From Candidatus Magasanikiibacteriota bacterium (lineage in GTDB: Bacteria > Patescibacteriota > Patescibacteriia > Magasanikbacterales > GWA2-37-8): a stretch of DNA of 64,000 bases. The stretch covers positions 67 through 64,066 of the forward strand of contig JAHFHX010000005.1 of the NCBI GenBank assembly GCA_023246655.1, read 5' to 3'. The notes under the pieces were generated by a model. It had not been told where the DNA came from. It did no database searches and worked only from the letters and a program-made list of their open reading frames with translations. Below, piece by piece: positions 1 to 12,600 of this stretch (positions are counted from its first letter, which is position 1; every line of letters begins with the position of its first letter). Made by a program: the position numbers and the translations under genes.

Positions 1-68
1 TAGGGGCCGTCAAAACCAAGTCGTCGGAGCTTTTGAAGAAACTTTTTATGGGAAATATTTTTAAGCAT
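1..68 (-). CDS. hicA: HicA-family toxin (5' part only; runs off the window)
   Basis: ATG at 68-66 reads MLKNISHKKFLQKLRRLGFDGP, a typical HicA N-terminus; overlaps the hicB stop. Confidence 0.7.
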   Translation of the reverse strand, partial: MLKNISHKKFLQKLRRLGFDGP

Positions 69-315
69 GGTGAACCAGGGAAGATTTGGTAGTGTGAAGC
101 TGGCGAATGGACAAACCTGACACTGGTTCACGAGCAAGCAACTTGTGAATAGTCCATTCTTCCAAAACTTCGCGCAACTCTTCGCGGCACGCTTCAAGGG
201 TGGCGGCGTTTGCCCAGACGCCTTTTAAACCGGCAATCTCACCAAAATATGCTCCATTTTTGAGGAGTTTATATTGTGCTGACTGTAATTTTTTAGCAAA
301 AAATTGACTCAACAT
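61..315 (-). CDS. hicB: HicB-family antitoxin
   Basis: YFGEIAGLKGVWANAATLEACREELREVLEEW HicB-like motif, 84 aa, adjacent to hicA. Confidence 0.8.
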   Translation of the reverse strand: MLSQFFAKKLQSAQYKLLKNGAYFGEIAGLKGVWANAATLEACREELREVLEEWTIHKLLAREPVSGLSIRQLHTTKSSLVHHA

Positions 316-359
316 ATAGTAGTAGGATAAAGGATTTTGGCAAGAGCGTCAAGCGATAT

Positions 360-740
360 TTATTCTTCATACACTTCAATCGGTAACCCATCCGGGTCAC
401 GAAAGAAAGTATAACGCTTGTTCGTTGTCGGGTCAACTCGGATTGGTTCAACTTCAACGCCTTTATTTTTAAGTTCCAGCACCGTCTTCTCAATATCACT
501 CAGCGCAAACGCCACGTGTCGGAGTCCAACCGCCTCGGGGTTTGTAACGCGGGGTGGGGGAGTAGGAAAAGAAAAAAGTTCCAGTTGGCAATCAGCGAGC
601 CTGAGATCAAGTTTGTATGAATCTCGCTCCGCCCGGTACGTTTCATTAATAATTTTTGCACCTAAAATTTCCGTATAAAATTTTTTAGAAATTTTGTAAT
701 CAGAACAGATGATAGCGAGGTGGTGGAGGCGGGAGAACAT
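360..740 (-). CDS. VOC/glyoxalase family protein (YaeR/GloA2-like)
   Basis: LHHLAIICSDY...GLRHVAF...FFRDPDGLPIEVYE; likely start ATG 740. Confidence 0.9.
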   Translation of the reverse strand: MFSRLHHLAIICSDYKISKKFYTEILGAKIINETYRAERDSYKLDLRLADCQLELFSFPTPPPRVTNPEAVGLRHVAFALSDIEKTVLELKNKGVEVEPIRVDPTTNKRYTFFRDPDGLPIEVYEE

Positions 741-754
741 ACTAATATAATTTA

Positions 755-853
755 AAACCCTCCCCAACAAGGGGAGGGGCGCGGGGTGGGGTTTCGTTAG
801 TTACAGTGAATGATTAAACCCCTCTCTTTATTTCTCCCCTTGTTGGGGAGAGA
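755..853. repeat. GC-rich palindromic repeat pair (CCCTCCCC..GGGGAGGG family), intergenic copy
   Basis: ccctccccaacaaggggagggGCGCGGGGTGGGGTTTC and aaacccctctct..ctccccttgttggggagag; same motifs as the in-frame carA insert at 59200-59320. Confidence 0.8.
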
Positions 854-866
854 TACTTTTTAAATT

Positions 867-1937
867 CTATTCTTCATTGGGTGGCGGCACATCTTCATGT
901 GGTTTCCCCATTTCCTCTTCTGGTGGTTCGCCTTTTTCTACTACCTCCCATACTTGATGTTGAATTTGTTTGAGGAGTTTTGGATTCTCTTTCAAGAATC
1001 GTTTCGTGGCTTCGCGTCCCACACCCAACTTTTCTTCACCAAACGTGTACGAGTTACCTTTTTTGTCCACCACTTTGTAGGTCACGGCGGTATCAAGCAC
1101 ATCACCCGAAACCGAGATACCTTCATTATACATGATATCAAATTCACAAGTGCGGAACGGCGCAGCCACTTTATTTTTCACAACCTTAACTTTCACGCGA
1201 TTGCCGATAATTTTATCACCCTGTTTAATTTGCGCCGCGCGGCGAATTTCAATTCGGACAGACGAATAAAATTTCAAAGCCATGCCACCAGTCGTGGTTT
1301 CCGGATTCCCAAACACAATCCCAATCTTCATGCGTGTCTGGTTAATAAAAATCACCACCGTCTTAGATTTACTTACAATACCCGTCAACTTCCGTAGCGC
1401 CTGACTCATGAGACGTGCTTGGAGTCCCATGTGACTGTCGCCCATTTCACCTTCAATTTCTGCTTTCGGGACAAGTGCTGCTACCGAGTCAACTACAACA
1501 ACGTCAACCGCATTAGAGCGCACCAGTGTTTCCAAAATTTCTAAAGCTTGTTCACCCGTGTCTGGTTGTGAAATCAAAAGTTCGTCAACTTTCACCCCAA
1601 TTTTTTTGGCATAGTCTGGGTCGAGTGCGTGCTCGGCATCAATAAACGCCGCAATGCCACCCAGCTTTTGCACCTCCGCTACAATGTGTTGGGCAAGCGT
1701 AGTTTTTCCTGATGCTTCCGGACCGTAAATTTCAATCACGCGTCCTCGTGGTACACCGCCAACGCCCAGCGCAATGTCAACTGAGAGACATCCCGTTGGC
1801 ACGGCATCCACCTTCATGGCTTTGGATTCACCAAAGCGCATAATCGCTCCCTCCCCAAACCGAGTTTTAATTTGGTCAATAGCGCTCTCCGCTGCCTTTA
1901 ATTTTTCCTTAACCTCCTCCGATACTTGTTTAACCAT
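867..1937 (-). CDS. recA: Recombinase RecA
   Basis: GPEASGKTT Walker [19 protein letters not shown]. Confidence 0.99.
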   Translation of the reverse strand: MVKQVSEEVKEKLKAAESAIDQIKTRFGEGAIMRFGESKAMKVDAVPTGCLSVDIALGVGGVPRGRVIEIYGPEASGKTTLAQHIVAEVQKLGGIAAFIDAEHALDPDYAKKIGVKVDELLISQPDTGEQALEILETLVRSNAVDVVVVDSVAALVPKAEIEGEMGDSHMGLQARLMSQALRKLTGIVSKSKTVVIFINQTRMKIGIVFGNPETTTGGMALKFYSSVRIEIRRAAQIKQGDKIIGNRVKVKVVKNKVAAPFRTCEFDIMYNEGISVSGDVLDTAVTYKVVDKKGNSYTFGEEKLGVGREATKRFLKENPKLLKQIQHQVWEVVEKGEPPEEEMGKPHEDVPPPNEE

Positions 1938-1945
1938 AGGAATAT

Positions 1946-2020
1946 TAGTCTAAAGTCTAAAGTCAAAGGTCCAAAAGTCGTTGTGACTTTATAGACTTTC
2001 GACTTTTAACTTTTTGACTA
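1946..2020. repeat. Inverted tandem-heptamer hairpin (AAAGTCT/AGACTTT) between rodZ-like stop and recA start
   Basis: tagtctaaagtctaaagtcaaagg...gactttatagactttcgacttttaactttttgacta. Confidence 0.75.
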
Positions 2021-2746
2021 TTACAGCCCCATCTTACCGCTATTCTCATTTTTATTCAAACTCACCTGCTCTACCCTCTTTGGCAGTTGCACCACCAAGT
2101 GGCGGGTGATGGTGGAAATTTTGCCATGTTTTTTAGTTGCCTCCACGGTAATGGTGTTAACACCATGGGCCAAATCAATCTTAGTTTCAAATTCACCATG
2201 ATTATTCACCATTGCCGCCTGCCCATTAATAGTAAGAGTTGATTCTGGTTCCGTTTGACCTTGAATAATAGTGTTCAATTGGCTAATTACTTCACCCTCG
2301 AGTGGTGCATACAGTACGAGTTGCGGTGGTCGTACAATTCTAATAATTTGCCCGGTAAGGTAAACACCAAAAAGGAGTACGCCCCCGGCCACCAGGCCAA
2401 GGCGCAACATAGTTGCCAATGATGTAAAAGAAGAATATTTAATGGTTTGATGCGGATGAATTAAAGCTATTCCTTCTAGACCTCCTTCGCGAGTAAATTG
2501 GTCTAAGCAGGCTTCGGTTGGTAGGCCCACCAGGTGAGCGTACTCGCGAATATAGGCCAGACGGAAAGTTCGAGAAGTAGGCAATTTGCGAAAATTTCCT
2601 TGTTCAATAGCGGAAAGATATTTTTTTTGAATGTGGGTAGCACTCGCGATATCATCCAAGGTAATACAACGCTCTTCACGACGTTTCTGAAGTTGCTGCC
2701 CCAGGGAAGTCGTGAGGGGGAGTTTTTTGAAACAAAAGATGGACAT
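2021..2746 (-). CDS. RodZ-like protein (XRE HTH, one TM helix, Ig-like C-terminal domain)
   Basis: LGQQLQKRREER.ITLDDIA..THI...YLSAIEQG HTH; TM segment; G.N.ITVEAT Ig-like strand; downstream of ftsK. Confidence 0.75.
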   Translation of the reverse strand: MSIFCFKKLPLTTSLGQQLQKRREERCITLDDIASATHIQKKYLSAIEQGNFRKLPTSRTFRLAYIREYAHLVGLPTEACLDQFTREGGLEGIALIHPHQTIKYSSFTSLATMLRLGLVAGGVLLFGVYLTGQIIRIVRPPQLVLYAPLEGEVISQLNTIIQGQTEPESTLTINGQAAMVNNHGEFETKIDLAHGVNTITVEATKKHGKISTITRHLVVQLPKRVEQVSLNKNENSGKMGL

Positions 2747-2805
2747 ACATTAAAAATCACAATGACCAATTTCCAAAATTCAAAACACCAATTTCACACA
2801 CGGTT

Positions 2806-5136
2806 TTAATCATTGGGGTCTGATTGGTCATTGGTCATTTGAGTTTGGTCATTTAAAACAACACCTCCCGCATCCATGGTCTGCTCTTCAGCGGGAATTT
2901 CGTCCTCTTGGGCGAGTCGAAGATGTTCGGTAAATACTTCGCGTGGTTTGGCACCATCAGCTGGTCCTACTATACCATTCTCTTCCAGCTCGTCAAGAAG
3001 CCGCGCAGCGCGGGCATAGCCTACTTTCATTCGGCGTTGCAAAAGTGATGCACTGGCTTTACCCGATTCCAAAACAATTTTTTTAGCATCCTCAAACAAG
3101 GGGTCTTGGTCATCGCTGACCCCACCAAACATATTTACCGTGCCACCGCTGTTCGTTTTCGCAACAATCGAATCATCATACTCTGGCGGTTCGTCACCCT
3201 TTAGGTAGTTTACTACTTCTTTCATTTCTTCTTCCGAAACGTAGGCACCCTGGAGTCGTTTTGGTTTAGAGAGCTCAGCGGTTAAGAACAGCATGTCGCC
3301 GCGTCCCAACAGTTTGTCGGCACCGGGACAATCTAAAATCGTTCGTGAATCAACAATTGATGCTACTGAAAAGGCAATTCGTGCCGGAATATTAGCCTTC
3401 ATAAGTCCGGTGATGACTTCCACGCTTGGTCGCTGAGTTGCCACGACCAAGTGAATTCCCACTGCGCGTGCCATTTGGGCGAGGCGGATAATTCCAGCCT
3501 CTACCTCGCTGGCTGCCGTCGCCATCAGATCAGCCAATTCGTCAATCACAAAAACAATGTATGGTATCTTTTCCTCCGCAGTTTTATTATACGAAAGAAT
3601 GTCGCGTTTACCGGCGGTGGACAACACATCAAAGCGTCGTTCCATTTCACCCAGCGTCCATTTAAGAGCGTTAATCGTTTTGCCAGCATCAGTTATGACC
3701 GGCGTTAAAAGATGTGGAATACCATTATACAGGGTTAACTCCACTCGTTTCGGATCAACCATAATCATGCGTAATGTTTCCGGTGTATTTTGAAACAAGA
3801 GACTGAGAATAATAGTATTGATACAGACTGTTTTCCCCGAGCCGGTCGCACCGGCAATAAGGAGGTGAGGCATTTTTGGGAGGTCGCCTAACCACACTTT
3901 GCCCGCAACGTCTTTTCCAATAGCAATCATCATGGAATGTTCCCGGGTTTTATAGTCCTGAGTTTCCAATAGTTCACGTAGCGTCACCACGGCAACTTTT
4001 TGATTTGGCACTTCAATTCCGACCAATGACTGCCCGGGAATTGGTGCTTCAATCCGAATGGGATGCGCCGCCAAAGAAAGTGCTAAATCATTTGCCAGTG
4101 CTGTGATACGGGTTAACTTGATTCCCTTGGATGGCTTGAGCGAATATTGCGTCACCGTCGGCCCCACTCGCACTTCACCCATGTCCACCTCGATGCCAAA
4201 ATTTTGTAGAGTATCTTTAATGGTCTCGGCATTCGCTTTAATATCTCCCGAGGTTGGTTTGCTCTTAGATGCACGCAGAATGTCAATCGGCGGAACGTTT
4301 TTATATACCACGGGGGGTTTATGGATAGAAATTTTTTCTTCCGCCGGTTCTTCAGAGTCCGGGGGATCTTTTTCTTCGCTATGCGTTTTTTTTAAAACAT
4401 TTTTATGTTGAAAAATACGTGCCTCCTCGGTTTCATCATCAACGTTCGTTTGGTCGCCTACTAATTCTTCCGCTGCTTCGCTCGGGGGAACAGTGGTTTC
4501 ATAATCGCCTTTGATTTTAAATTTCACGGCGTCTGATTTTTTAAATGAAGCAAAAAACAGCACCACATGCTTACCTAGCCAGCCCAAGACCAAAAAAAAT
4601 TTTTTATGAACAGCCACAATTTGCGCCAGGGAGGTATTAAAGAGAAAGATGATCGAAGCGAGCAGTAGCCCTATGAGAATAAGGAGCGCCCCCCAATAAC
4701 CGACATACGTTCCAAGTGGCCAAGCCAAGGCAAGCCCGACAAGCCCACCACCATAACCCTGTAGTGCCAGCGTCGTCATATCAGCTACCGGTTTGTGCAG
4801 ATGAATGAGGCCGTTGAAACTCAAGAAAAATAGAACTGAACCAAGGGTATGGGTGGAACGATACTCATATTTTACATCCTTTATGAGGAGTGCGGCGACA
4901 ACACCAAGCACGAGGGGGAAGATATAGCGTACCTGGCCAAAAACAATAGCCAGTAACGAATCAATAAACTGTCCTGCGACTCCAGCGAGCGAAAAAAAAC
5001 TAAGGGCGGCAAGACCGGCCACGATACATAACAAAATTGCCAACAGTCCCGGACTGATCTCGGGGTTTACGTCGATTTTTTCATACCAGGTAACCTTTCG
5101 GCGGCGCGGGTAAGAATGAGAGCGTGCGTAGCGCAT
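2806..5136 (-). CDS. ftsK: DNA translocase FtsK/SpoIIIE
   Basis: N-terminal TM helices, GATGSGKT, IDELADLM, ATQRPS, gamma domain SASLLQRR..VGYARAAR; start probably ATG 5136 (ORF extends to 5217). Confidence 0.97.
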   Translation of the reverse strand: MRYARSHSYPRRRKVTWYEKIDVNPEISPGLLAILLCIVAGLAALSFFSLAGVAGQFIDSLLAIVFGQVRYIFPLVLGVVAALLIKDVKYEYRSTHTLGSVLFFLSFNGLIHLHKPVADMTTLALQGYGGGLVGLALAWPLGTYVGYWGALLILIGLLLASIIFLFNTSLAQIVAVHKKFFLVLGWLGKHVVLFFASFKKSDAVKFKIKGDYETTVPPSEAAEELVGDQTNVDDETEEARIFQHKNVLKKTHSEEKDPPDSEEPAEEKISIHKPPVVYKNVPPIDILRASKSKPTSGDIKANAETIKDTLQNFGIEVDMGEVRVGPTVTQYSLKPSKGIKLTRITALANDLALSLAAHPIRIEAPIPGQSLVGIEVPNQKVAVVTLRELLETQDYKTREHSMMIAIGKDVAGKVWLGDLPKMPHLLIAGATGSGKTVCINTIILSLLFQNTPETLRMIMVDPKRVELTLYNGIPHLLTPVITDAGKTINALKWTLGEMERRFDVLSTAGKRDILSYNKTAEEKIPYIVFVIDELADLMATAASEVEAGIIRLAQMARAVGIHLVVATQRPSVEVITGLMKANIPARIAFSVASIVDSRTILDCPGADKLLGRGDMLFLTAELSKPKRLQGAYVSEEEMKEVVNYLKGDEPPEYDDSIVAKTNSGGTVNMFGGVSDDQDPLFEDAKKIVLESGKASASLLQRRMKVGYARAARLLDELEENGIVGPADGAKPREVFTEHLRLAQEDEIPAEEQTMDAGGVVLNDQTQMTNDQSDPND

Positions 5137-5221
5137 GGAAGGGAGTATGAAATTAAGGGAATTATTCAGGAGTAAATAACTACGTTTACAATCATGACGA
5201 TGCCCATAGTATAACATACAA

Positions 5222-5331
5222 AATGTCTAAGACCTAATATTTAATTTCTAATAAAATGACTAATCCAGCCTTCAATGACCAAGGTTGTATATGTAGAAGT
5301 TTTAGAAATTAGATATTAGGTCTTAGACATT
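5222..5331. repeat. Empty inverted-repeat hairpin (TTAGAAA/TTTCTAA family)
   Basis: 5222-5251 matches the reverse complement of 5302-5331 at 29/30 nt. Confidence 0.85.
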
Positions 5332-5540
5332 AAAAAATCCCGACTCAGTCGGGATTAAATTTTCTCCCCCACTACACTGCGAGAAGAGATGCATGTTTTA
5401 GCTAACGAACCGCATCTAGAAAATATTACCAAAAAACACAGGAGTGTTTGATGGTAAGAGAGAGAATTATTTTTTAGATATACGATCCGGTTGAAACATC
5501 AACTCTTTCGCAGTTGAGTAGAGGAGTAATTTTGTTGCTC
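5332..5540 (-). ncRNA. Candidate ~200-nt rod-shaped ncRNA (6S-like?) with its own promoter and terminator
   Basis: Minus-strand TTGACA (5572-5567), 18 nt, TACAAT (5548-5543); nested complementary segments; terminator aatcccgactgagtcgggatttttt. Confidence 0.4.
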
Positions 5541-5785
5541 TCATTGTAGTGGAGAGAAAAGAGGGCTGTCAAGTGTACAACTATAATAGGAAATATAAAG
5601 GCTGCGGAAAGTACTCAATGAGAACTTTTTCAGATGTTAAGTTTAATTTTTTTTATATCGCCCGCCTCTCAGGAGTATAATGAGGTTGTGGATAATTTTT
5701 GCGCTTAAGCACTCTTAAGATCAATTTTATTTTACTTTAGCTAAAAAATTTTATCCCTTGACAAATAGTTGTCCCCCTGCTGAGC

Positions 5786-5814
5786 TTGACAATGTTTTTT
5801 CTTTATTATAAAAT
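5786..5814 (+). promoter_or_regulatory. Sigma70-type promoter for rpoB
   Basis: TTGACA-17 nt-TAAAAT. Confidence 0.6.
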
Positions 5815-6083
5815 GTAGGTACTTTAGAAAATTGTACGGACGATCAGCCTTATTTTGGCTAAAAATAGTTAAAATGAGCTTGATCGGACGAGCGTCTCTC
5901 CAGTTTGAACATCTGAAGAGGTGCATGGTACTCCTTAAATCCACTTTTTAGGCCCGCCGCCATGCCTTTTTTTGCTCGGAAATAAGCCAAAAATAAATAA
6001 ACCTCTCGGACGAGGCCTTTTTTTGTTGTTTGAAACACGAATCCCATAAATCACTATTTTTGTATAATCACTAAACTGAATCT

Positions 6084-9000
6084 ATGTCTATTTTCAAACG
6101 CCAACCATTGTCCTCTACCGATCGCCGTTTTTTTACCCGTGAAAGTTATGTTCCGCTACCTGATCTCATTGAAATCCAAAAAAATTCCTATGATTGGTTT
6201 TTGAAATTTGGTATTAAAGAATTGTTTGAAGAAGTTTCCCCAATCACTGATTTTAGTGGCCGTGATTTAGAATTGTATTTAGAAAATTATTATTTAGATG
6301 AAGCCCGATTTGATGAGGTCGTCTGTCGAGAGCGTAATATTACCTTTGAAGCGCCTCTGCGGGTAACGGCCCGCCTGTTGAATAAACGTACCAAGGAAAC
6401 CAAAACCCAGGAGATTTACTTGGGCGATGTCCCGGTTATGACGACGCGGGGAACTTTTGTTATCAATGGCATTGAACGCGTCGTGGTTTCCCAATTAATT
6501 CGAAGCGCGGGAGCATTTTTTATGGCCGAAAATGTTCGTGGCCGCCGTTACTATGGTGCTAAAATTATTCCCAACCGCGGTGCTTGGATTGAAATTGAAA
6601 CTGATCAGAGTAATGTTATTTGGATTAAGGTTGATCGTAAACGTAAGGTAGCAGCAACGTCACTGCTCCGGGCATTTGGATATGAAACTGATGAACAAAT
6701 TCATGATTTGTTTAAGGATGTTAATAATCACCCGCATATTGATTATGTTGATGCCACTATAAAGAAGGATATGGCCAAGAATATGGACGAAGGGTTGATT
6801 GAAGTATATAAAAGAATTCGTCCCGGGGATTTAGCAACTGCCGATAACGCCAAAAGTCTTATTTATGCAATGTTCTTTAATTTTGATCGCTATGATTTAG
6901 GACGGGTTGGTGTCTACAAATTTAATACTAAATTTGAAATGAATTTATCACCCGAAGATTTCGATGTTAAAGAGAATCGGGTATTGTCGGCCGAAAAGCT
7001 TCTCTATGTGCTTAAAGAAGTGGTGCGATTAAATATTACTCAAGAAGAACCAGATGATGTTGATCACTTGGGCAACCGTCGTGTGCGGGCGGTGGGTGAA
7101 CTTACCCAGAATCGTTTCCGTGTGGGGTTAGCGCGGATGGAGCGCATTATTAAGGATAGAATGAGTACCTATGAACTTGATCAATTAACACCCAATAAAC
7201 TCATCAATGCTCGGCCCGTAACCAGTGCTATCCGGGAGTTCTTTATGAGTTCGCAACTTTCTCAGTTCATGGATCAAACAAATCCTCTTGCTGAATTGGA
7301 GCACAAGCGTCGTCTCTCGGCGCTTGGCCCGGGTGGTTTATCGCGTGATCGCGCTGGCTTTGAAGTGCGTGATGTGCATACTACCCATTATGGTCGCATC
7401 TGTCCGATCGCCACCCCTGAAGGTCCCAATATCGGTCTGGTCAATCATCTTTCCAGTTACGCGCGGATTAATGAATTTGGTTTTATCGAAACACCCTACC
7501 GCACGGTTTTAAAAGAAATTAAAAACGATCCTAAATTTACTGAAGGGGAAACGATACGAGGGACTGTTGAAGGTTATAAAGATGGCACTATAATTAGTAA
7601 AGAAATTGCTACTAAACTTGCTAAATCAAAGGCTGCCACCATTGCAATTAAACCTCGGATTACTAACGAAGTGGTATATCTCAATTCTTTTAAAGAAGAA
7701 AAAGTTATTACCGCCGCAGCCAGCGTTAAAACTGATGATCGCGGGTACTTTGTTGAGGGCACTGTGCCGGCTCGAGTATTTGGTCACCCCAGCGTTGCTG
7801 CCACGAATGATCTTGATTATGTTGATGTTGACTCTAACCAGATCGTAAGTATCGCGACCTCCTGTATTCCGTTTTTAGAACATGATGATGCTACCCGCGC
7901 GCTGATGGGTACCAACATGCAGCGTCAAGCCGTACCGTGTATTAAACCAGAGCCGCCGTTAGTTGGTACCGGTGTCGAGCGTTCCGCAGCAATGTACTCA
8001 GGACAAATGGTGGTAGCAGAAGAAGATGGCGAAGTTACCGAAGTGGATGGTAATCGTATTGTGGTGACAACGAAGAAAAGCGGAGCACACAGTTATCGTC
8101 TCAATAAATTTATTCGTTCCAATGCCTCTACCTGTATTAATCAGCATGTAACCGTCCAGTTGGGCGATAAGGTTAAAAAAGGCCAGCCGCTCACTGATGG
8201 CCCTTGTGTTAAAGACGGTGAGTTGGCGCTGGGCCAAAATGTGCTGGTAGCCTATATGGTATGGGATGGTTTCAATTATGAAGATGCGGTGATTGTATCG
8301 GAACGTTTAGTCCAGAGTGATCGTTATAGCTCCATTCATATTGAGGATTATAGTGTGGATGTCTGTGAAACCAAATTGGGTGCTGAGGTTGTAACGGCTG
8401 ATATCCCCAACGTAAGTGAAGAAAAGCTAAAAAATTTGGATAGTGAAGGTATAATTCGTATTGGTGCCGAAGTAAAATCGGGTGATATTTTGGTCGGCAA
8501 AATTACTCCCAAAGGTGAGACGGAGCTCTCCGCGGAAGAGCGTCTGCTGCGAGCAATATTTGGTGAAAAAGCCCGTGATGTGCGCGATTCTTCGCTTTAC
8601 CTTGAACACGGTGAACATGGAAAAGTCATTGATATTAAAACTTTTTCCGCCGAAAACGGAGACAAACTTGAGCCGGGTGTGATTAAGCAAATTCAAGTTA
8701 CAGTGGCTGATCTGCGTAAAGTTCAAGTGGGCGACAAAATGGCTGGTCGTCATGGTAATAAAGGTGTTATTTCTAAAATTGTCCCCATGTCCGATATGCC
8801 GTTTCTAGAGGATGGCACCCCTGTTGATATTATTCTCTCGCCGCTGGGTGTTGTTTCCCGTATGAATTTGGGGCAACTGCTTGAGACCCACTTGGGGTTG
8901 GCGGCAAACGCACTGGGTTATAAAGCCGCTACGCCTGTCTTAAATGGTATTACCGAAGAGCAAATTAAAACTGAGTTAGCAAAAGCAACTCTCCCCACCA

Positions 9001-9509
9001 ACGGCCAAGTGCAACTGTATGATGGCCGCACCGGTGAACCATTCGATCATAAGGCCACCATTGGTTATAACTACATGTTAAAATTGAATCATATGGTGGA
9101 AGACAAAATTCACCAACGTTCAATTGGGCCGTATAGTCTTATCACTCAACAACCACTGGGTGGTAAAGCCCAGTTTGGTGGCCAGCGTTTTGGAGAAATG
9201 GAAGTATGGGCACTGGAGGCGTATGGCGCCGCGCATACCTTGCAAGAGATGATTACCATTAAATCCGATGACGTGCAGGGCCGTTCTAAAGCCTACGAGG
9301 CGATTATTAAGGGTGAAGCAGTTAGTAAGGTAAATATTCCCGAATCATTTAATGTGTTGGTGCGTGAATTGAAAGGTCTTGGTCTTGACGTTGAACTTTT
9401 GAGTCGTTCGTCATCAGGTGAATATCGCCCTGCCGAAGAGGTAAAAGCCGAAGCAGATCGAGAGCGGCGGATGATGGAGCCAGAACAGACAACGGAGACG
9501 GCGAAATAA
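6084..9509 (+). CDS. rpoB: RNA polymerase beta subunit
   Basis: [37 protein letters not shown]. Confidence 0.99.
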   Translation: MSIFKRQPLSSTDRRFFTRESYVPLPDLIEIQKNSYDWFLKFGIKELFEEVSPITDFSGRDLELYLENYYLDEARFDEVVCRERNITFEAPLRVTARLLNKRTKETKTQEIYLGDVPVMTTRGTFVINGIERVVVSQLIRSAGAFFMAENVRGRRYYGAKIIPNRGAWIEIETDQSNVIWIKVDRKRKVAATSLLRAFGYETDEQIHDLFKDVNNHPHIDYVDATIKKDMAKNMDEGLIEVYKRIRPGDLATADNAKSLIYAMFFNFDRYDLGRVGVYKFNTKFEMNLSPEDFDVKENRVLSAEKLLYVLKEVVRLNITQEEPDDVDHLGNRRVRAVGELTQNRFRVGLARMERIIKDRMSTYELDQLTPNKLINARPVTSAIREFFMSSQLSQFMDQTNPLAELEHKRRLSALGPGGLSRDRAGFEVRDVHTTHYGRICPIATPEGPNIGLVNHLSSYARINEFGFIETPYRTVLKEIKNDPKFTEGETIRGTVEGYKDGTIISKEIATKLAKSKAATIAIKPRITNEVVYLNSFKEEKVITAAASVKTDDRGYFVEGTVPARVFGHPSVAATNDLDYVDVDSNQIVSIATSCIPFLEHDDATRALMGTNMQRQAVPCIKPEPPLVGTGVERSAAMYSGQMVVAEEDGEVTEVDGNRIVVTTKKSGAHSYRLNKFIRSNASTCINQHVTVQLGDKVKKGQPLTDGPCVKDGELALGQNVLVAYMVWDGFNYEDAVIVSERLVQSDRYSSIHIEDYSVDVCETKLGAEVVTADIPNVSEEKLKNLDSEGIIRIGAEVKSGDILVGKITPKGETELSAEERLLRAIFGEKARDVRDSSLYLEHGEHGKVIDIKTFSAENGDKLEPGVIKQIQVTVADLRKVQVGDKMAGRHGNKGVISKIVPMSDMPFLEDGTPVDIILSPLGVVSRMNLGQLLETHLGLAANALGYKAATPVLNGITEEQIKTELAKATLPTNGQVQLYDGRTGEPFDHKATIGYNYMLKLNHMVEDKIHQRSIGPYSLITQQPLGGKAQFGGQRFGEMEVWALEAYGAAHTLQEMITIKSDDVQGRSKAYEAIIKGEAVSKVNIPESFNVLVRELKGLGLDVELLSRSSSGEYRPAEEVKAEADRERRMMEPEQTTETAK

Positions 9510-9611
9510 AGAAATAGAAAAATAAGCGACTGCCCATTCTCCGCTGGGGCGGGGAATCCAACGCCCAATCACAAATTATAAATCTGAAATCTTAAATCTG
9601 AAATCAACTCT

Positions 9612-12600
9612 ATGTCCCGTGAACTCACCCATTCTATTCACTTCGATGCCATCCGTCTAAAATTAGCTTCACCGGAGGTAATTCGTTCTTGGAGCTATGG
9701 TGAAGTTAGTAAACCCGAGACCATTAACTACCGTACCCAAAAACCAGAAAAGGGTGGTTTGTTTGCCGAAGAAATTTTTGGGCCAACCAAAGATTGGGAA
9801 TGTTATTGTGGTAAATATAAAAAAATTCGCTATAAAGGCATTGTATGTGATAAGTGCGGCGTGGAGGTAACGCATTCCTTGGTTCGCCGTGAGCGGATGG
9901 GCCATATTGAATTGGTGGCTCCGGCCGCCCATATTTGGTTTCTTCGCTCTGTGCCATCCAAAGTTGGATTAGTATTGGATTTAGGCGCCCAAGCTTTAGA
10001 AAAGGTAATTTACTTTGCTTCTTTTATTATTACCCACGTTGATGAACCCGGGAAAAAACAAACTGCTGACTTGCTTCGGCAAGAATTTAAAGTCAAAAAG
10101 AAACAAATTGAACATGAACACGAAGAAACACTGAAGCGAGCCGCTGATGATAAAGCAACCCAGAAGGCACTTGATAAAATTCAAGATGAAACCGAACGCA
10201 AACGTAAAGCACTGGAAGCTGATTTTACAAGCGCGGAACGTGAGTTGAAAGAGCTTCAGGTGATGCGCATTATTTCCGAAAATAAATATCAAGAGTTATC
10301 GCTCCGTTACGGTCATTTGTTCGAGGCCTCAATTGGTGCCGAAGGAATTTATCATCTTTTGTCGCGAATTAACGTCGAAGAAACTATCAAGAAACTCACC
10401 GTGGAACAGCAACAAGCGAAGGGAACAAAGCTGGAGCGCATTATTCGTCGCAAAAAACTTTTAAAGAGTTTGGCCATGAATAGCATTCGTCCCGAATGGA
10501 TGGTGCTTAAAAATATTCCCGTCATCCCGCCGGACCTGCGCCCAATGGTGGCTCTGGATGGTGGGCGGTTTGCAACCTCAGATTTGAACGATCTCTACCG
10601 TCGTGTTATTAATCGCAACAATCGTTTGCGACGTCTGTTGGAACTTGATGCCCCGGAAGTTATTTGTCGAAATGAAAAAAGAATGCTGCAGGAAGCGGTG
10701 GATGCCCTCATCGATAACAGCGCTCGCCATTCCAAAACCGTTACTGCCTCAACGGGCCAAAAGCGTCAACTGCGTTCATTGGCCGATATTCTTAAAGGTA
10801 AGCAAGGGCGCTTCCGTCAGAATTTGCTTGGAAAAAGAGTAGATTATTCCGGTCGTTCAGTCATCGTCGTCGGCCCTCAATTGAGTATTGATGAATGCGG
10901 TCTTCCCAAACGGATGGCTCTGGAACTATTCAAACCATTTATCATGGGAGAAATTATTAAACGCGAATTAGCTCACAATGTTCGCAGTGCGAGCCGGTTT
11001 ATTGAATCGCAAGTTGATGAAGTGTGGGATATTTTAGAAGAATTAACCAAAACCAGCCGTGTAATGTTAAACCGCGCCCCTACGCTGCACCGCCTTGGTA
11101 TCCAAGCGTTTCACCCTCGCTTGGTAGAAGGTAAAGCCATCCAGTTACATCCCTTGGTTTGTACCGCTTTTAATGCCGACTTTGATGGTGACCAAATGGC
11201 GGTGCACCTGCCCTTAACAGCGGAAGCTCGTTGGGAAGCGGAAAATCTCATGGCTGCGGAAAAAAATCTGTTAAAGCCAGCTACTGGTCAGCCGGTAATT
11301 ACTCCCAAGCAGGATATTGCCCTTGGTTGTTTTTATTTAACTAAATCCGATGTGGATGATTCTGCAACAACCATTAAATACTTTGGGAGTGAAAAAGAAG
11401 CTAAGTTAGCATATAAAATGCGTACCGCTACACTTCACGAGCGAGTTAAAGTTCGTTTTACTAAACTTGACAAATTCCCCGCCGAGACACCAGCGCTCAT
11501 TGAGACAACCGTTGGTCGCATCCTGTTTAATGAGGTGGTGCCAGACAAGCTGCCCTATTATAACGAAACTATTACCGTTAAAAAATTAGCCAGCATCATT
11601 CGGTTGTGTCTCGAACTCTACGGTCAACAGGACACCGCCTTCTTTTTGGATGAATTGAAGAATCTTGGATATCGCTATGTTACTAAATCTGGTTACTCCC
11701 TTGGTATGGATGATTTTCCGAAGATCGTGCAAAAGCCAAGTTTGATTCGCGAGGGTGATGAGCGGGTACGCGTTATGGAAGAACAATATCGGGAGGGTCT
11801 ATTAACGCAGGGTGAACGCCACGCTAAAATTTTAGAAATTTGGACCGAAACAAAAGATAAAATCCTCAGCAATACACGGGATGTCTTAGATAAACATGGT
11901 CCGGTATTTGCGATGATTGACTCTGGCGCCCGTGGTACTTACGGGCAGCTTGGCCAGGTGATGGGCATGAAGGGCTTAGTCGTTTCCCCCTCCGGTGACA
12001 TTATTGAACTACCCATTAAAGGCAACTTTAAAGAAGGTTTTGATGTCCTTGAATTCTTTATCTCCTCACACGGTACCCGCAAAGGTTTGTCTGATACCGC
12101 TTTGCGCACAGCCAACGCCGGGTATCTTACTCGTCGTTTGGTAGATGTCTCGCAAGATGTGATTGTTATTGAAGATGATTGTGGTGACAAAGAAGGCGAA
12201 ATATTTACAGCGGAACAATCCCGTGAAATGGGTGAAAAACTCTCGGATCGCGTTTGGAGTCGTTACGTTTTGGCCGATGTTAAAGTGGGCAGTACCGTTA
12301 TTGTTCCGGCTGGCGAAGCCATTAATGATCGAGCCGCGCGGTTAGTTGATGAACACAACATTACTTCCATCCATGTGCGCAGTATTATGCAGTGTAGGCT
12401 GGCAAAGGGCGTATGTCGTAAATGCTATGGTTTTGATTTGGGAAGCAACCAGCCAGCCGAAATGGGAACCGCCGTAGGTATTATTGCTGCACAAAGCATT
12501 GGTGAACCGGGTACTCAGCTTACCTTACGCACCTTCCATACCGGTGGTGTGGCTGGTGGGGATATTACCCAAGGGTTGCCACGGGTTGAAGAATTGTTTG

